NCBI GenBank assembly: GCA_039189765.1
Contig: JBCCYL010000003.1
Location: forward strand, 64,001-128,000
Reading direction: 5' to 3'
Length of the DNA stretch: 64,000 nucleotides
DNA from: Cyanobacteria bacterium P01_F01_bin.150
GTDB taxonomy: Bacteria > Cyanobacteriota > Cyanobacteriia > CAKZMO01
Part shown: piece after piece, positions 10,210 to 20,858 of the stretch
Layout of the letters: each line of letters opens with the position of its first letter
Numbering within the stretch: position 1 is the first letter of the stretch
The notes under the pieces: generated by a model
Database searches by the model: none
What the model was told of the DNA's origin: nothing
The model's input: the letters and a program-made list of their open reading frames with translations, nothing else
Program-made: the position numbers and the translations under genes

Positions 10210-10427
10210 GCTTCTCCCCGAAGAATATTGCGAATGTCGCTTTCATCGACCCATTCTTCATCGTCCCCATCGGCGGCCATACCCTCTTCAATCGCCCGAG
10301 CTAAGCCAACATCCTCCAAAGCCTCCAAGACAATGTCATAAAATACTTCTCGCTTTTGCTGCAATAGCTCCACCAGAATTTCAGTCATTAATTCCTTCGT
10401 TTTGGGGTCATCTAGGCTGATGGTCAT
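10206..10427 (-). CDS. Small acidic protein, putative type II antitoxin
   Basis: 73 aa, LEALEDVGLARAIEEG...WVDESDI; translationally coupled to the RelE remnant. Confidence 0.7.
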   Translation of the reverse strand: MTISLDDPKTKELMTEILVELLQQKREVFYDIVLEALEDVGLARAIEEGMAADGDDEEWVDESDIRNILRGEA

Positions 10428-10549
10428 GTCTCTTTTACATTGATTGTAGTCCTAGTATAGCCACCCTCGTGTAGCCTTGCTTTATGGCAATGGGTTCGCT
10501 TCAATAGGGTCGTCTACAGGGCGATCGCCTCTTCTCATGACCTCGTCAC

Positions 10550-10798
10550 TTACTCGTCAACTTCCTGCAATGCTTTTTCCTGCTCGTCTTCAATCCAGGC
10601 TGTGCTGGGTGCGATTTCTAAGGCCCGGTCAAAATCAGCTAGGGCATCTTCAAAACGCCCCGTAAGATAGGTCGTGTTGCGATCTATCAGAGCATCCCAA
10701 CCCCCTAGAGTTTCCTCAATTTCTTTGATAGTGATATGAATGGTTCGAACAACGTCGGCCTTTGCGTCCTGAGTTCGAACCATTTGCTGATAAATCAA
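10550..10798 (-). pseudogene. TPR protein C-terminal remnant
   Basis: GRFEDALADFDRALEIAP single TPR joined to unrelated sequence; no good start. Confidence 0.5.
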
Positions 10799-10824
10799 CC
10801 CTTAATGGGCTAATTTCCATACCG

Positions 10825-13800
10825 CTATACAAAATCAGCCTGATCTAGAACCTGGAGAGAAGTATCCTCAAGGCGTAGAAGCTTTTGTCTCCCAAGCTTG
10901 ACGATGACATCATCTTTTTGTTGCTGGAGCGTTAGCTGATTAAAGTTGATATTGACTAAGTCAATTTTGTCACGACCATCACGGAAATCTTTTACCCGAT
11001 CAAAGCCTTGGCCACGACGGATAAGAATGCGATCGCGGCCTCCACCCGTTACGATAATATCGCTGCCTTTGCCGCCATCGAAGCGATCGCTGCCGCCGCC
11101 ACCTTTCAGAGTATCATTCCCACCGCCACCTGTTAGGATATCGTCGCCGCCGCCACCTTTCAGAGTATCATTCCCACTGCCACCTGTTAGGATATCGTCG
11201 CCGCCGCCACCTTTCAGAGTATCATTCCCACCGCCGCCGACTAGGGTATCGTCGCCGCTGCCGCCTTTTAGCGTATCATTCCCACTGCCGCCGATAAGCT
11301 GGTCATTCCCTGACTTGCCGAGCAGAAAATCATTGCCTGCTTTGCCAAGAAGCCGATCGTTTTGCCTACTTCCCACCAGTCGATCGCGACCTTTTCCTCC
11401 GACTTGTTTGGTTGACTTCTCAAGTGTACTGTCAGAACCACCTCCATTATTTCCAGAACCATCGTCATTGGTGCCGCCATTTGGCTGCGCTCCATCCCAT
11501 CTAGGTTCGTCTTCACCTTTATTTTCTATTGCCAAGAGCAGACTGTAGCGCCCTTGGCTACCCACTGCCGCGCCTGAACCGTTCAACGGATCGTAATTTC
11601 GAGCACTGGGACTGTATCCGTTTACCCCAATAAAGTAGTCTTGTCCTGCCGTTACCGAAGCCTGGATAAAGCTGCTGCGGGTGGTGCTGGACTCGTCATC
11701 ATTAAAGGCAATTTCATTGCCGCTGCTGTCAAAGAGCCGCAGCACCGTGTCCGCAGAAAATGATTCATTGGCAAAGGTGCGAATACTTACGGTGCCTGTC
11801 GCAGATGGCTGAAACTGGTACATATCGATGTCTGCGGCACCTATGGTAAAGCTATCATCTGTGCCAATATCACCCTCAATTATTTCGTTCAAATGAATAG
11901 TTGTTACCGCCAGGTTTTCAATTCCGCCATCTGATAGGCTCGATAGCTGGGCAGACGGCAGCAGACGACTACTTAACCGATAATCTCCGGTTGCGCCAGG
12001 GGAGCCACTTCCAGTTAGAAACGGGTCAAAACTACCGTTGCCGTAGCCTGCCACTGCCACATAGTAGTCTGTATCGGCGGCGATCTGGAACTGTATCCTC
12101 GGGTCTAAGGAATCATAATCGTCATTCTCTGCCAGTAGGTTTCCATCACTATCAAAAAGAGACAGGGTCGTATCAACATAATCTGTAATTGATAGGTCTG
12201 TAAACGAGTCTACGTCTACTTCCAGAATTCCAGCTTGAGGAGATCTAATGCGAATAAAATCAACGTCGAGATCGCCCACCTCTTGATCTTGATTCGTTTG
12301 GGGATTGCGATCGCGCCCAATCGTTCCGAACTGGTTATTCAGCGACAACGATGGCTGACTGCGACTGGCCTGATCAATGCTGCCGTCGGTATCTTGGCTG
12401 ATAAAGTCAACCCGTAAATTATATGACCCACCGTCGCCAATATCAGCTCGATTATCTAGATTGGTCGGGTCATAGTTGCTATTGAAAAAATCGGAAACGC
12501 CGATATAGTAAATATCTCCTCGTTCAACTGATGCGCTGATAAAACTATCAGTAGTATGGCCATAAAACAAACGTCGATCCGTTGGGTCGTTAAACACCAA
12601 GCCTGGATAGCGGAAGTCGGTAAATTCGACTGGATTGCCGAAGTAATCAGTGGCTAAATCATCATCACTTTCAACTAATCCACCATCAGTGAAATATAGC
12701 TCGTTCCCGTCTTCATCAAATAACCTCAGATAGGAATCGACATACCCGCTCTCGTAGGGAGTATCAATATCGATAAACAGGGCACCATCGTCGGGAACCA
12801 CTATTTTATATAGGTCAACATCGGATACTCCCACCGGCTCACCGTAATCAAACCCGATCATTCCTTCTTGATCATCGGTAATGATTAGAGGATCGCGACT
12901 ATTCCCTAAACTGATAGGAACGGCTCCGCTGAGTAAACCATTTGGGTCAGGATTCTCTAGACTAAATTCAATGGAATAGTTTCCTGTCGCAGCCGCAACG
13001 CCGCTACCTGCAACATTGGGATTATAGTTGCGGTTGCCATAGCCGCTGACCCCCGCAAAATAGGTTCCCGGATCAAGAAAAACCTCGATTTTGGAAAATA
13101 GCCCTGCTCCATCATCGTCATCAAATGCGATTTCAGTCCCTGACTCATTAAATAGCCTTAAAAGGGTATCAAAGTCATCGGGATTATTTGCCCTGGAGCC
13201 TAGCTCAATCGTAACAAATCCTGGAGACAGTACCTCAAACCGGAAAATATCCACATCCGTATCTCTAACGGGATTGCCGCTGAAGTCAACACCAATAGTG
13301 CCATTCCAAAAATTAACGGGAGAACCATCTAAGGTTGGTCCCGTAATCGCGCCTTCAAAGGTTCCGTTTGGATCGTTGGTTGAGCCGTCACTTGATTGGA
13401 ACCGATTAAAAATTTCTTCAACGGCTTTGTAGATATTTAACCGGGGGTAAACCTCATTGGTATTTGCAACATTGTCGTCCCCAATGCCATCACCATCCGA
13501 GTCTGGCCCATCAAAAATTTCGTCAGCGGTTGAGCGGATAATATCAACGATTTCATCCGGTGACAAATAACGTCCACCAAATTGCTGTGCTGCTTCCTGC
13601 ATCAGGGCAACTGCTCCGGCCACATGGGGAGCGGCCTGACTGGTTCCACCTTGAAGGCCAGTCGTTTGTCCGTCTTTGGGTGGAAGAGTACTATTAATTA
13701 ACGCACCCGGTGCGAAGATGGTTGTTTCCGAAACGAGACGTTGACTAAAGCTAGTGATAAAATCGCTGCCTGTATCGTAGTCAACTGCCCCGCTTCTCCA

Positions 13801-14970
13801 TTGCAGGGAGTTTCTTCCAGATAAAGATAGATAGTCATTTTGCCAGACGGCACCTACGTTAAGCGTGCTGGAAATAGCCGGAAAGGAAATGCCTTGCTTT
13901 TGGTCGCTAAAATAATCATTGCCTGCCGACGACACAATGGTAACGCCAGAGTTTTCAAGCTGTTGGATGAGGTTCTGAATCTCAAGGGCAATGCCCCCTG
14001 AGATTTGAGTTCTTGACGTTAGGAATAGATCGCCACCTCCCAAGGACATATTGACGGCGACAATGTTGTATTCTTGCTGGTTATCTAAAACCCATTGAAG
14101 CGCATCTCGAACCGCTAAGTTAGTCCCTGACCCATTTTCGTCAAGAACCCTTAGGCCAATTAAGTCCACATCAGGGGCCACTCCCAAGTTCTCGTCAGAT
14201 GCGCCTATCGTCCCGGCAACATGGGTTCCATGACCATCAGCGTCATCTGGAATCGTATCTCCGTATACAAAGTCAAACCCTGCAACGTAGTTTGACAACA
14301 GGAGTGGATGGTTCTGAAATAAGCCGGAATCGATAACGGCAACGCTGACGTTGCTGCCGTCAATGCCAGCAAAGCGGGGATCATTACGCAGTTGGGTGAG
14401 GCCAATCAAATCGAAGGCCGGGTTAATGCCAGCGGTGGCTTGCTCAAGCTGGATGAGCTGACCGTCGAGGTTAACGCTGACGCGATCGCTTTCCCGATAA
14501 AGCTGGTCCAGAGCAGACGGAGTAAGCTCAGTCCCTCTCACTAACGCGCTAAAAATAGCCCCCTCATCCCCAGCGGCATCGCTGTAATTTAGGGTTGCAT
14601 CTACAAAGTGCCCTAGTTCTTCGATCCATACATCCATAATGGTGGCTGGGTTATCCAGGTGGTTGAGTAAAAACTCATTGGATAAATAAATTGTGTTGGT
14701 CTCAGCCGAGAATGCGCCGTAGGCTCCGTTGATGTCCCGTGCTGATCGAACCTCAATGTTGGGAAGATTGCTCCCGTCTTGAACCATATCGAGGATGAGC
14801 TGGGAAGCCGCGTTGACGTCAATGCCCTCGCCAAATGCTAGCTTCAGACTGTCTGCAAATTCTGGGCTGTTTTCAAACGACAGAAGCAAATTCTCAATGG
14901 AATTCCACAGGCGAAACAACACTGTATCTATGGAGTTAGTGGCTGTGGAGATTTGGTATGAAATGTTCAT
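10825..14970 (-). CDS. Secreted S8 (subtilisin-like) serine protease with PPC-like repeats and RTX tail
   Basis: VAVIDSG, HGTHVAGT, SAGN, GTSQAAPHVAG; four DVD.F...DTxLRLFD repeats; GGxGxDxL nonapeptides; C-terminal ADFV. Confidence 0.92.
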   Translation of the reverse strand: MNISYQISTATNSIDTVLFRLWNSIENLLLSFENSPEFADSLKLAFGEGIDVNAASQLILDMVQDGSNLPNIEVRSARDINGAYGAFSAETNTIYLSNEFLLNHLDNPATIMDVWIEELGHFVDATLNYSDAAGDEGAIFSALVRGTELTPSALDQLYRESDRVSVNLDGQLIQLEQATAGINPAFDLIGLTQLRNDPRFAGIDGSNVSVAVIDSGLFQNHPLLLSNYVAGFDFVYGDTIPDDADGHGTHVAGTIGASDENLGVAPDVDLIGLRVLDENGSGTNLAVRDALQWVLDNQQEYNIVAVNMSLGGGDLFLTSRTQISGGIALEIQNLIQQLENSGVTIVSSAGNDYFSDQKQGISFPAISSTLNVGAVWQNDYLSLSGRNSLQWRSGAVDYDTGSDFITSFSQRLVSETTIFAPGALINSTLPPKDGQTTGLQGGTSQAAPHVAGAVALMQEAAQQFGGRYLSPDEIVDIIRSTADEIFDGPDSDGDGIGDDNVANTNEVYPRLNIYKAVEEIFNRFQSSDGSTNDPNGTFEGAITGPTLDGSPVNFWNGTIGVDFSGNPVRDTDVDIFRFEVLSPGFVTIELGSRANNPDDFDTLLRLFNESGTEIAFDDDDGAGLFSKIEVFLDPGTYFAGVSGYGNRNYNPNVAGSGVAAATGNYSIEFSLENPDPNGLLSGAVPISLGNSRDPLIITDDQEGMIGFDYGEPVGVSDVDLYKIVVPDDGALFIDIDTPYESGYVDSYLRLFDEDGNELYFTDGGLVESDDDLATDYFGNPVEFTDFRYPGLVFNDPTDRRLFYGHTTDSFISASVERGDIYYIGVSDFFNSNYDPTNLDNRADIGDGGSYNLRVDFISQDTDGSIDQASRSQPSLSLNNQFGTIGRDRNPQTNQDQEVGDLDVDFIRIRSPQAGILEVDVDSFTDLSITDYVDTTLSLFDSDGNLLAENDDYDSLDPRIQFQIAADTDYYVAVAGYGNGSFDPFLTGSGSPGATGDYRLSSRLLPSAQLSSLSDGGIENLAVTTIHLNEIIEGDIGTDDSFTIGAADIDMYQFQPSATGTVSIRTFANESFSADTVLRLFDSSGNEIAFNDDESSTTRSSFIQASVTAGQDYFIGVNGYSPSARNYDPLNGSGAAVGSQGRYSLLLAIENKGEDEPRWDGAQPNGGTNDDGSGNNGGGSDSTLEKSTKQVGGKGRDRLVGSRQNDRLLGKAGNDFLLGKSGNDQLIGGSGNDTLKGGSGDDTLVGGGGNDTLKGGGGDDILTGGSGNDTLKGGGGDDILTGGGGNDTLKGGGGSDRFDGGKGSDIIVTGGGRDRILIRRGQGFDRVKDFRDGRDKIDLVNINFNQLTLQQQKDDVIVKLGRQKLLRLEDTSLQVLDQADFV

Positions 14971-15213
14971 TGGTTGATTTTTGTGGGGGTAGTGTAGATA
15001 CAGAAAACTTAGAAATGAGATGAACTATTAAGGTGATCCTTGAGGCGGAGCCACCAAACGAAGAGATTTGCGTAAAGGAATATACCGCTTGCGTAGGATG
15101 GGCAAAATGAACGGGGGCCAATCAGGGATTGGCTTTGATTGGTCCCTTCTAACGTGCTTTTCCGACCCTACGCTGGTACTTTATTTTCTGGTAGAACCCT
15201 AAAAAGGACAATG

Positions 15214-17322
15214 CTAAGTAAGCGTGCCAAGATCGCTGACAAGAAGTTCAGAGACCCCTTCTACTACTGCGATGACGTTTCCCTGATAAAGCAGTTGGGT
15301 GTCAAGAGCAGGGGAACCAGAAACTTGAAGCGTTCGAGTCCGATAGTTTGCTTTATCTCCTATGACGCCAATGCGATCGCCTTCCTCTCTTGAAAAGTCA
15401 GTAATGGTGGCAAATCCATCTCCCTGGTAGAAGATATCGCCCAGTTCCGGACTGCTGCCGATGCTGCCAAGATAGAAAATATCGGCTCCAGCTCCACCGG
15501 TCAAAACGTCTCGCTCTGATGTCGGGATTGAAAAGGCAGAAACGTGGCCGCTCAAATAATCGTTACCGTTACCCCCAATTAAGGTATCGTTTCCTCGCCC
15601 CCCTCTCAACTGATCGTTGCCATTGCCACCATTGAGGATGTCATTATCATTCGGATTATCGATGGATGCTACGCTAATATCGTCTCCACTAATTAAGTCA
15701 TTCCCCTCTCCTCCATCTAAGGTGTCATTGCCTAGACCTCCAATTATGAGATCGTCACCAGCTCCACCGTTTGCCTGATCGTCACCGGCCTGTCCGTTGA
15801 TTAAATTGTTTCCTGCGTTACCCGTAATACTATTGTTGAGGCTGTTGCCATAGCCGATGGCGTAGGCTGATGTATCGTTGACAGCAAGTTCATCCAGATA
15901 GCGATCGCCCCTAAAATTAGGCTCACCTAAGGGAAACGACAGTCCCCCAACCATCACGAGATTTTCGATATGATCCGGTAAGCGAATTGCTCCACTACCT
16001 TCAATGGTGTCAATGCCGCCGTTTGCCTCTTCAACAATGCTAGTAGAGGTTAAAAAGCGACTTTCAAGGATAAATGAATTGTTGATGCCATCATCATCAC
16101 TATCTGTAAGAGTGTAGAATGCATTGCTTTGAATAACATAGGTGTCATTCCCGGAACCACCCGTTAAGCTATCGATTCCCGAACCAATTAACCGATCGTT
16201 GCCAGGTCCCCCGAATAGGGTATCTAGACCCAGGCCGCCATCGAGTAAATCATCGCCATCTTCACCATTGAGGCGATCGCTCCCCTCTCCACCCAACAGA
16301 GCGTCTGCTCCGGCACCACCGTTGAGAGTATCATCCCCCCCTTCCCCAGAAAGAATATCGTTGACGGCTGACCCGGTCAGGACATTATTCCCGCTGTTGC
16401 CTTGGCCGATGGCGAGGGCCGAACCAATGATGAAAGTTGCCAGGGTTTGATTGACCGTTGTCAGGTCTTGGATTGCAATCGTGTTGGACTGGACCCCCGA
16501 TAGCGTTAGATTTTCGATATTGTCCGGTAGTCTAAAGGCCACGCTGGTTAAGACGGTGTCGTTGCCGCCCCCGGCGTTTTCAATCAGTGCCCTGGATGTA
16601 GGGGCGGCTGAAAGAATATATTGATCATCCCCCGTCCCCCCGATGGCAGTATCGTTGCCGTCAGTGATACGGAGAATATCATTGCCGTCGCCCCCAGAGA
16701 GACGATCTTGTCCTTTTCCTCCGGATAGGTCATCGTTGCCCGCACCACCGTTGACACGGTCGTTTCCCCCTCCGCCTTGGATGGTGTCGTTGCCTGTACC
16801 GCCGTTGAGTCTGTCATTGCCACCGTTGCCTTTGGTGCGATCGTTGCCTGCATCTCCGTTGACTCTATCGTTACCGCCGCCACCTTTTAGGTTGTCGTTG
16901 CCTGCACCACCATTAACCCTGTCATTGCCACCATTCCCGTTGATGATATCGTTCCCGCGACCACCCTCTAGCGTATCGTTGCCCTGCTTGCCGCTGATTC
17001 TATCGTTGCCACCTCTGCCGGAAATGCGATCGCCCTTTGAGGTGCCTCTAAACGTTTCAGCTGAACTATTGCCTTTTATATTGAGTGCCTTCGTGTTTCT
17101 GTTCGTATTGCGCCCCTGGATAGTGGACGCTGCTCGAGACAATTTAGCACGGCCATTTTGGCGAGTCGTTTGCTGTGTGTTCTGTTGAATAAGCTGGACA
17201 TCCGATAATTCATCTCCTGGTAACGTCACTGCAAGTAAATCAGTGGATTCGGGACCGGGTAAGATTGATGCTTGATGACGTGTCATGGGCTTGTATCTAT
17301 ATTGAGCTTGTTCTGTAATCAT
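15214..17322 (-). CDS. RTX (hemolysin-type) calcium-binding secreted protein
   Basis: Numerous GGxGNDxLx repeats, two E.A.GG.DT...LPD.IENL units, C-terminal ATITDF...GDRI domain; ATG at 17322 preferred. Confidence 0.88.
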   Translation of the reverse strand: MITEQAQYRYKPMTRHQASILPGPESTDLLAVTLPGDELSDVQLIQQNTQQTTRQNGRAKLSRAASTIQGRNTNRNTKALNIKGNSSAETFRGTSKGDRISGRGGNDRISGKQGNDTLEGGRGNDIINGNGGNDRVNGGAGNDNLKGGGGNDRVNGDAGNDRTKGNGGNDRLNGGTGNDTIQGGGGNDRVNGGAGNDDLSGGKGQDRLSGGDGNDILRITDGNDTAIGGTGDDQYILSAAPTSRALIENAGGGNDTVLTSVAFRLPDNIENLTLSGVQSNTIAIQDLTTVNQTLATFIIGSALAIGQGNSGNNVLTGSAVNDILSGEGGDDTLNGGAGADALLGGEGSDRLNGEDGDDLLDGGLGLDTLFGGPGNDRLIGSGIDSLTGGSGNDTYVIQSNAFYTLTDSDDDGINNSFILESRFLTSTSIVEEANGGIDTIEGSGAIRLPDHIENLVMVGGLSFPLGEPNFRGDRYLDELAVNDTSAYAIGYGNSLNNSITGNAGNNLINGQAGDDQANGGAGDDLIIGGLGNDTLDGGEGNDLISGDDISVASIDNPNDNDILNGGNGNDQLRGGRGNDTLIGGNGNDYLSGHVSAFSIPTSERDVLTGGAGADIFYLGSIGSSPELGDIFYQGDGFATITDFSREEGDRIGVIGDKANYRTRTLQVSGSPALDTQLLYQGNVIAVVEGVSELLVSDLGTLT

Positions 17323-17370
17323 GTATTTCTCACCTGTGCATACCCGATGCACAGGCGACAGGATGAAGGG

Positions 17371-19497
17371 CTAGACGACGAAGTCAAAATCCTGAGTTAA
17401 CACGACATCAGTGGTGTCTTCGACAATGCCGATAATGTCATTTCGGTAACGAATCACTGAATCTAAGGCGCTGCTGCCAGACCAGGATTCAAAGCCGATG
17501 GTGTAATCGGCGATGGAACCATATAATTGGATGCGATCGCCTTCTAGCCAGTAAAAATCTGTAATAGTGGCATAGCCGAAGCCAATATAGTAGGCTCCAA
17601 TAATGCTGTCTCCCAGGACAAATCGATCGGCCCCATCGAGGATATCTATCTGATTTGGCACAGAGGAGCTTAAGTCGCCAGTCAACACATCATATTCTTG
17701 GATGCCGCCGTTATAGCCAATTAAAGTATCACTGTCTGCTTCGCCCAATAGCTGATCAGAGCCTTGACCACCATAGAGAATATCATTGCCTGTAAATCCT
17801 AGCAGCGTATCGTCGCCTTCATTGCCAATCAGGGTATCGTTTCCGGTCCAACCATCCAGGAAGTCGTCTCCTTCAGACCCCCAAATCACATCAGCCCCAT
17901 CCCCACCATCAATGATGTCATCGCCATCCCCGCCGTCAAGCATGTCATCACCGTTTTCGCCAAAAAGGATGTCATCACCACCGATGCCCTGGAGAAGGTT
18001 GTCAAATTCATTACCGAACAACGTGTCATCACTGCTGCCCCCTACTGCATTTTCGATAACCACACCGTTGGCGATGGTAAGCCCGCCGTAGACCCCGTCT
18101 GCTGAAGAGATATATCCCCCGGCATTGGGTCCGGTTAATGGGGCATCGTTGAGGTCAATGGTCACGGGGGTGAGGGAGGCGATCGCCGAAATCGTGTCAT
18201 TTCCCCCCGTATCCCAAATCGCCGTGTAAGCGGTGCCCGGACCATTTTGGCTTGGCAACTCGTAGATGTCATCGCCATTATTGTGGTTGGGGTTAATGCC
18301 GTATAGGGCTTGAATTGCCCCAATGTCTAGGGTCATTGGCGAGGCTTGATAGCCATAATTGCTCAAGCGTAGTCGCCCATCCTCTTCTCGACCATCGCTA
18401 TCGGCGTCTAGTCCATCGTTATAGGACATGGTGGTCCATACCCCTTGATTGAGGCCAAACAGTCCAGTGGTATAGCTATCGATAAATCCGTCAGCATCAG
18501 CGTCGATACCTTCGACCCCGGGAAACGTTGCAGACCCACTACTATCATCATGGGGATGGGCTAACCCCAAACCATGCCCTAGTTCATGCAGGACCGTCAC
18601 AAATCCATAGCCTCCAGGCTGTAAGCCCGCAGAATCCCAACCCAACCCTTGCCAGTTAAAGTAGGTCATCCCTTCAGCGAAGGTCTGGGGCGGAGAGCTT
18701 TGGCCTAAAATGCCAAAACCAATTTCGCTATCATTGACCAGTGTAAATTTTAAATCTGCCGATGGGCTGTTATCGTTGAGTGGCACAAATTCAATATTTG
18801 CAACGTTTGCCCAAAACTCCAACCCTGTCTCCACGGCGGCCATTTCATAGTCAAACCATGGCGTATCTAGGGTGTCGTAGGCATAGAAGTCATCGTCAAG
18901 GCTGGCATCGTTCCAAAATGAGTAGGTGATAATTGTAGGCTCATTTGGCTCATTGCCTGGCTGATTAACTGGATTGTCAGCAATGTTACTGCCCCATTTG
19001 TTGCCGCCCCACAGAAGCGCATCAATATAGGAAAAGTCCACAGGAGGCGGGGGGAGGATGTCCAAGGACTCGGCTGTCATACTAATGTCGTAGCTAAAGC
19101 GGGGCTGGGGGCTGGCATTAGCTCGGCTGACCTGTACCGCATAGCTTCCTGGAGCAAGGTTAATGCTAATTGTTTCATCAACAGAGCCAAGGGTAAGCGA
19201 TGTGGCAATTACTTCTAACAGATCGTCTGGATCAAAAAGGGCTGGGTTTAAGCTATTGTAGGGACCATCACCGTCCACATCCGTGTAGGTAAATAGCTGT
19301 AGATCGACATCTCCATTGGCACTGATATCTGAGATATTGACCGTAAATGCCTGAGCTTCGGATAGGCTAAAGATATAGAAATCGGCTTCGGGGGCTAAGC
19401 CGGACCGATCCAGACCAACAGTTTTATTTTGCTCAGCAAATGATCCAATGGTATTGAAGGGAATGGTAGGGGTTCCGGTAACGAATGAAATAGACAT
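17371..19497 (-). CDS. Serralysin-like M10 zinc metalloprotease with RTX repeats
   Basis: HELGHGLGLAHPH zinc motif, TTMSY Met-turn, DIGAIQALYG, IWDTGGNDTI, RTX repeats. Confidence 0.93.
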   Translation of the reverse strand: MSISFVTGTPTIPFNTIGSFAEQNKTVGLDRSGLAPEADFYIFSLSEAQAFTVNISDISANGDVDLQLFTYTDVDGDGPYNSLNPALFDPDDLLEVIATSLTLGSVDETISINLAPGSYAVQVSRANASPQPRFSYDISMTAESLDILPPPPVDFSYIDALLWGGNKWGSNIADNPVNQPGNEPNEPTIITYSFWNDASLDDDFYAYDTLDTPWFDYEMAAVETGLEFWANVANIEFVPLNDNSPSADLKFTLVNDSEIGFGILGQSSPPQTFAEGMTYFNWQGLGWDSAGLQPGGYGFVTVLHELGHGLGLAHPHDDSSGSATFPGVEGIDADADGFIDSYTTGLFGLNQGVWTTMSYNDGLDADSDGREEDGRLRLSNYGYQASPMTLDIGAIQALYGINPNHNNGDDIYELPSQNGPGTAYTAIWDTGGNDTISAIASLTPVTIDLNDAPLTGPNAGGYISSADGVYGGLTIANGVVIENAVGGSSDDTLFGNEFDNLLQGIGGDDILFGENGDDMLDGGDGDDIIDGGDGADVIWGSEGDDFLDGWTGNDTLIGNEGDDTLLGFTGNDILYGGQGSDQLLGEADSDTLIGYNGGIQEYDVLTGDLSSSVPNQIDILDGADRFVLGDSIIGAYYIGFGYATITDFYWLEGDRIQLYGSIADYTIGFESWSGSSALDSVIRYRNDIIGIVEDTTDVVLTQDFDFVV

Positions 19498-19935
19498 GGG
19501 GATAGATCTTGATTTTAGTAGATAAAAATTGACAAATAAAACCCTGTGGATTTTTCAATGGGAAGCTCTAAGCAGAAAAAACTCGATCAATTGAATGCAG
19601 GACAATCAGGACGCAAAGAAAGAGTCTTCTCTTTGGTCCAGTCATTAAATGGCTGAAAGGCAGATGTTTGAGACTGTTCTGAACACCTGACCTGGGGCAT
19701 TAGCCGACGAAATGGTTAAAGGGGGTGATTCATGCCTCCATGAATCACCAAATCACCAAATAGGATGCTCCTGAACGATAAACTGCGTTATCTGCTCATG
19801 TGTAAGGATGTATATCTCAAAGGGTTGGAGTTATGCATTTAGATTCATGGGGTATCATGAAACGCTGAGGTTATCGGACATTACGACGCTTTATGAGCCA
19901 GTGCGTTGTAAATCAGAATGCTTTTGCTCCTATTC

Positions 19936-20077
19936 GAAATCGTGGCTGTATACGAACGCACCAATACCCTAGTACTCTGTCAGGAACTAAATGAGGGGAA
20001 AATCCCGTAGGGATTTTCCCCTCAAAATAAAGCTGACGCGGTACTAGTCACATTGCAGCGTTTTATCGAGGTTTTGC
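19936..20077. repeat. Dispersed 67-bp repeat, copy A (interrupted by a 75-bp insertion)
   Basis: After removing 19973-20047 it aligns without gaps to 27056-27122 (54/67 identical by manual count). Confidence 0.8.
19969..20047. mobile_element. MITE-like miniature inverted-repeat element
   Basis: Ends CTAGTACTCTGTCAG / CTGACGCGGTACTAG (13/15 inverted match), internal palindrome TGAGGGGAAAATCC-cgta-GGGATTTTCCCCTCA, CTAG at both ends. Confidence 0.7.
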
Positions 20078-20184
20078 ATCGGCAAAAAATAATCACAGCA
20101 GTGTGAGGCATGGTGCACCCCCCACTGCCGTTTTGAACTTAATGCGGTTGCCCACCGCTACACGTCATGATTTTTTGTCAGACA

Positions 20185-20480
20185 TCACACGGCGATAAAG
20201 TCAGCCTCTGTCAGGCCGATCAGATCGGCATCCTGCTCAAAGTCTCGAATAATATCGGCATCTTTACTCGGCTGTAGGACAAAAATATCTTCGCCAGGTC
20301 CTCCCCATGGGTGATCGTTATTATCGCCACCGTATAAGACATCATTGCCATTTCCCCCCCGCAGGGTATCGTCTCCAGTCCCTCCACGCAGGTGATGATC
20401 GCCATCGCCACCCAACAGGCGATCATCACCATCGCCACCGAGCAAAATATCATGATTGCTCCGGCCCCAAATGCGATGGA
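20185..20480 (-). pseudogene. Decayed RTX protein C-terminal remnant
   Basis: LLGGDGDDRLLGG...GGPGEDIFVL...IIRDFEQ...EADFIAV*; degenerate repeats, shortened C-terminal domain, no plausible 5' part. Confidence 0.7.
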
Positions 20481-20858
20481 CAAAATTGGGGCAAAGGTCC
20501 TGTCAGCCTGTGTTTTCAGTCGTCGAGTCAACCCGCTTCAAGACGGGCAAACAATGATCTCTGCCAACCAACCGTATTGTGGCGACATGGACCCCTGAGA
20601 CTCAATCGGAAATGTCGGGTTCTGGATGTCGGCAGACATAAATTTGATGAGTTTAAGCGATCGCGCTAATTTAAGGCTTAATGACCTCCCACCATACGTT
20701 CCGTGATCTTACTGACAGACTACGCTGGGTTTATCTGCACCAATTACAGGCGTTACTGGCATTAGTCTGGACCAACTGAGAGCTGAGGCTATAGAGCTCT
20801 CCTGGGACGAGTATTTGTACTATGGAAATCACGGATTCTTGATAAATCATTGGCGCAG

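Noticed and set aside
19598..19665. GGACGCAAAG resembling a c-di-GMP-I riboswitch
   Set aside because: Wrong strand for the adjacent protease gene, and the GCAAAC/GAAA stem and downstream stem are missing
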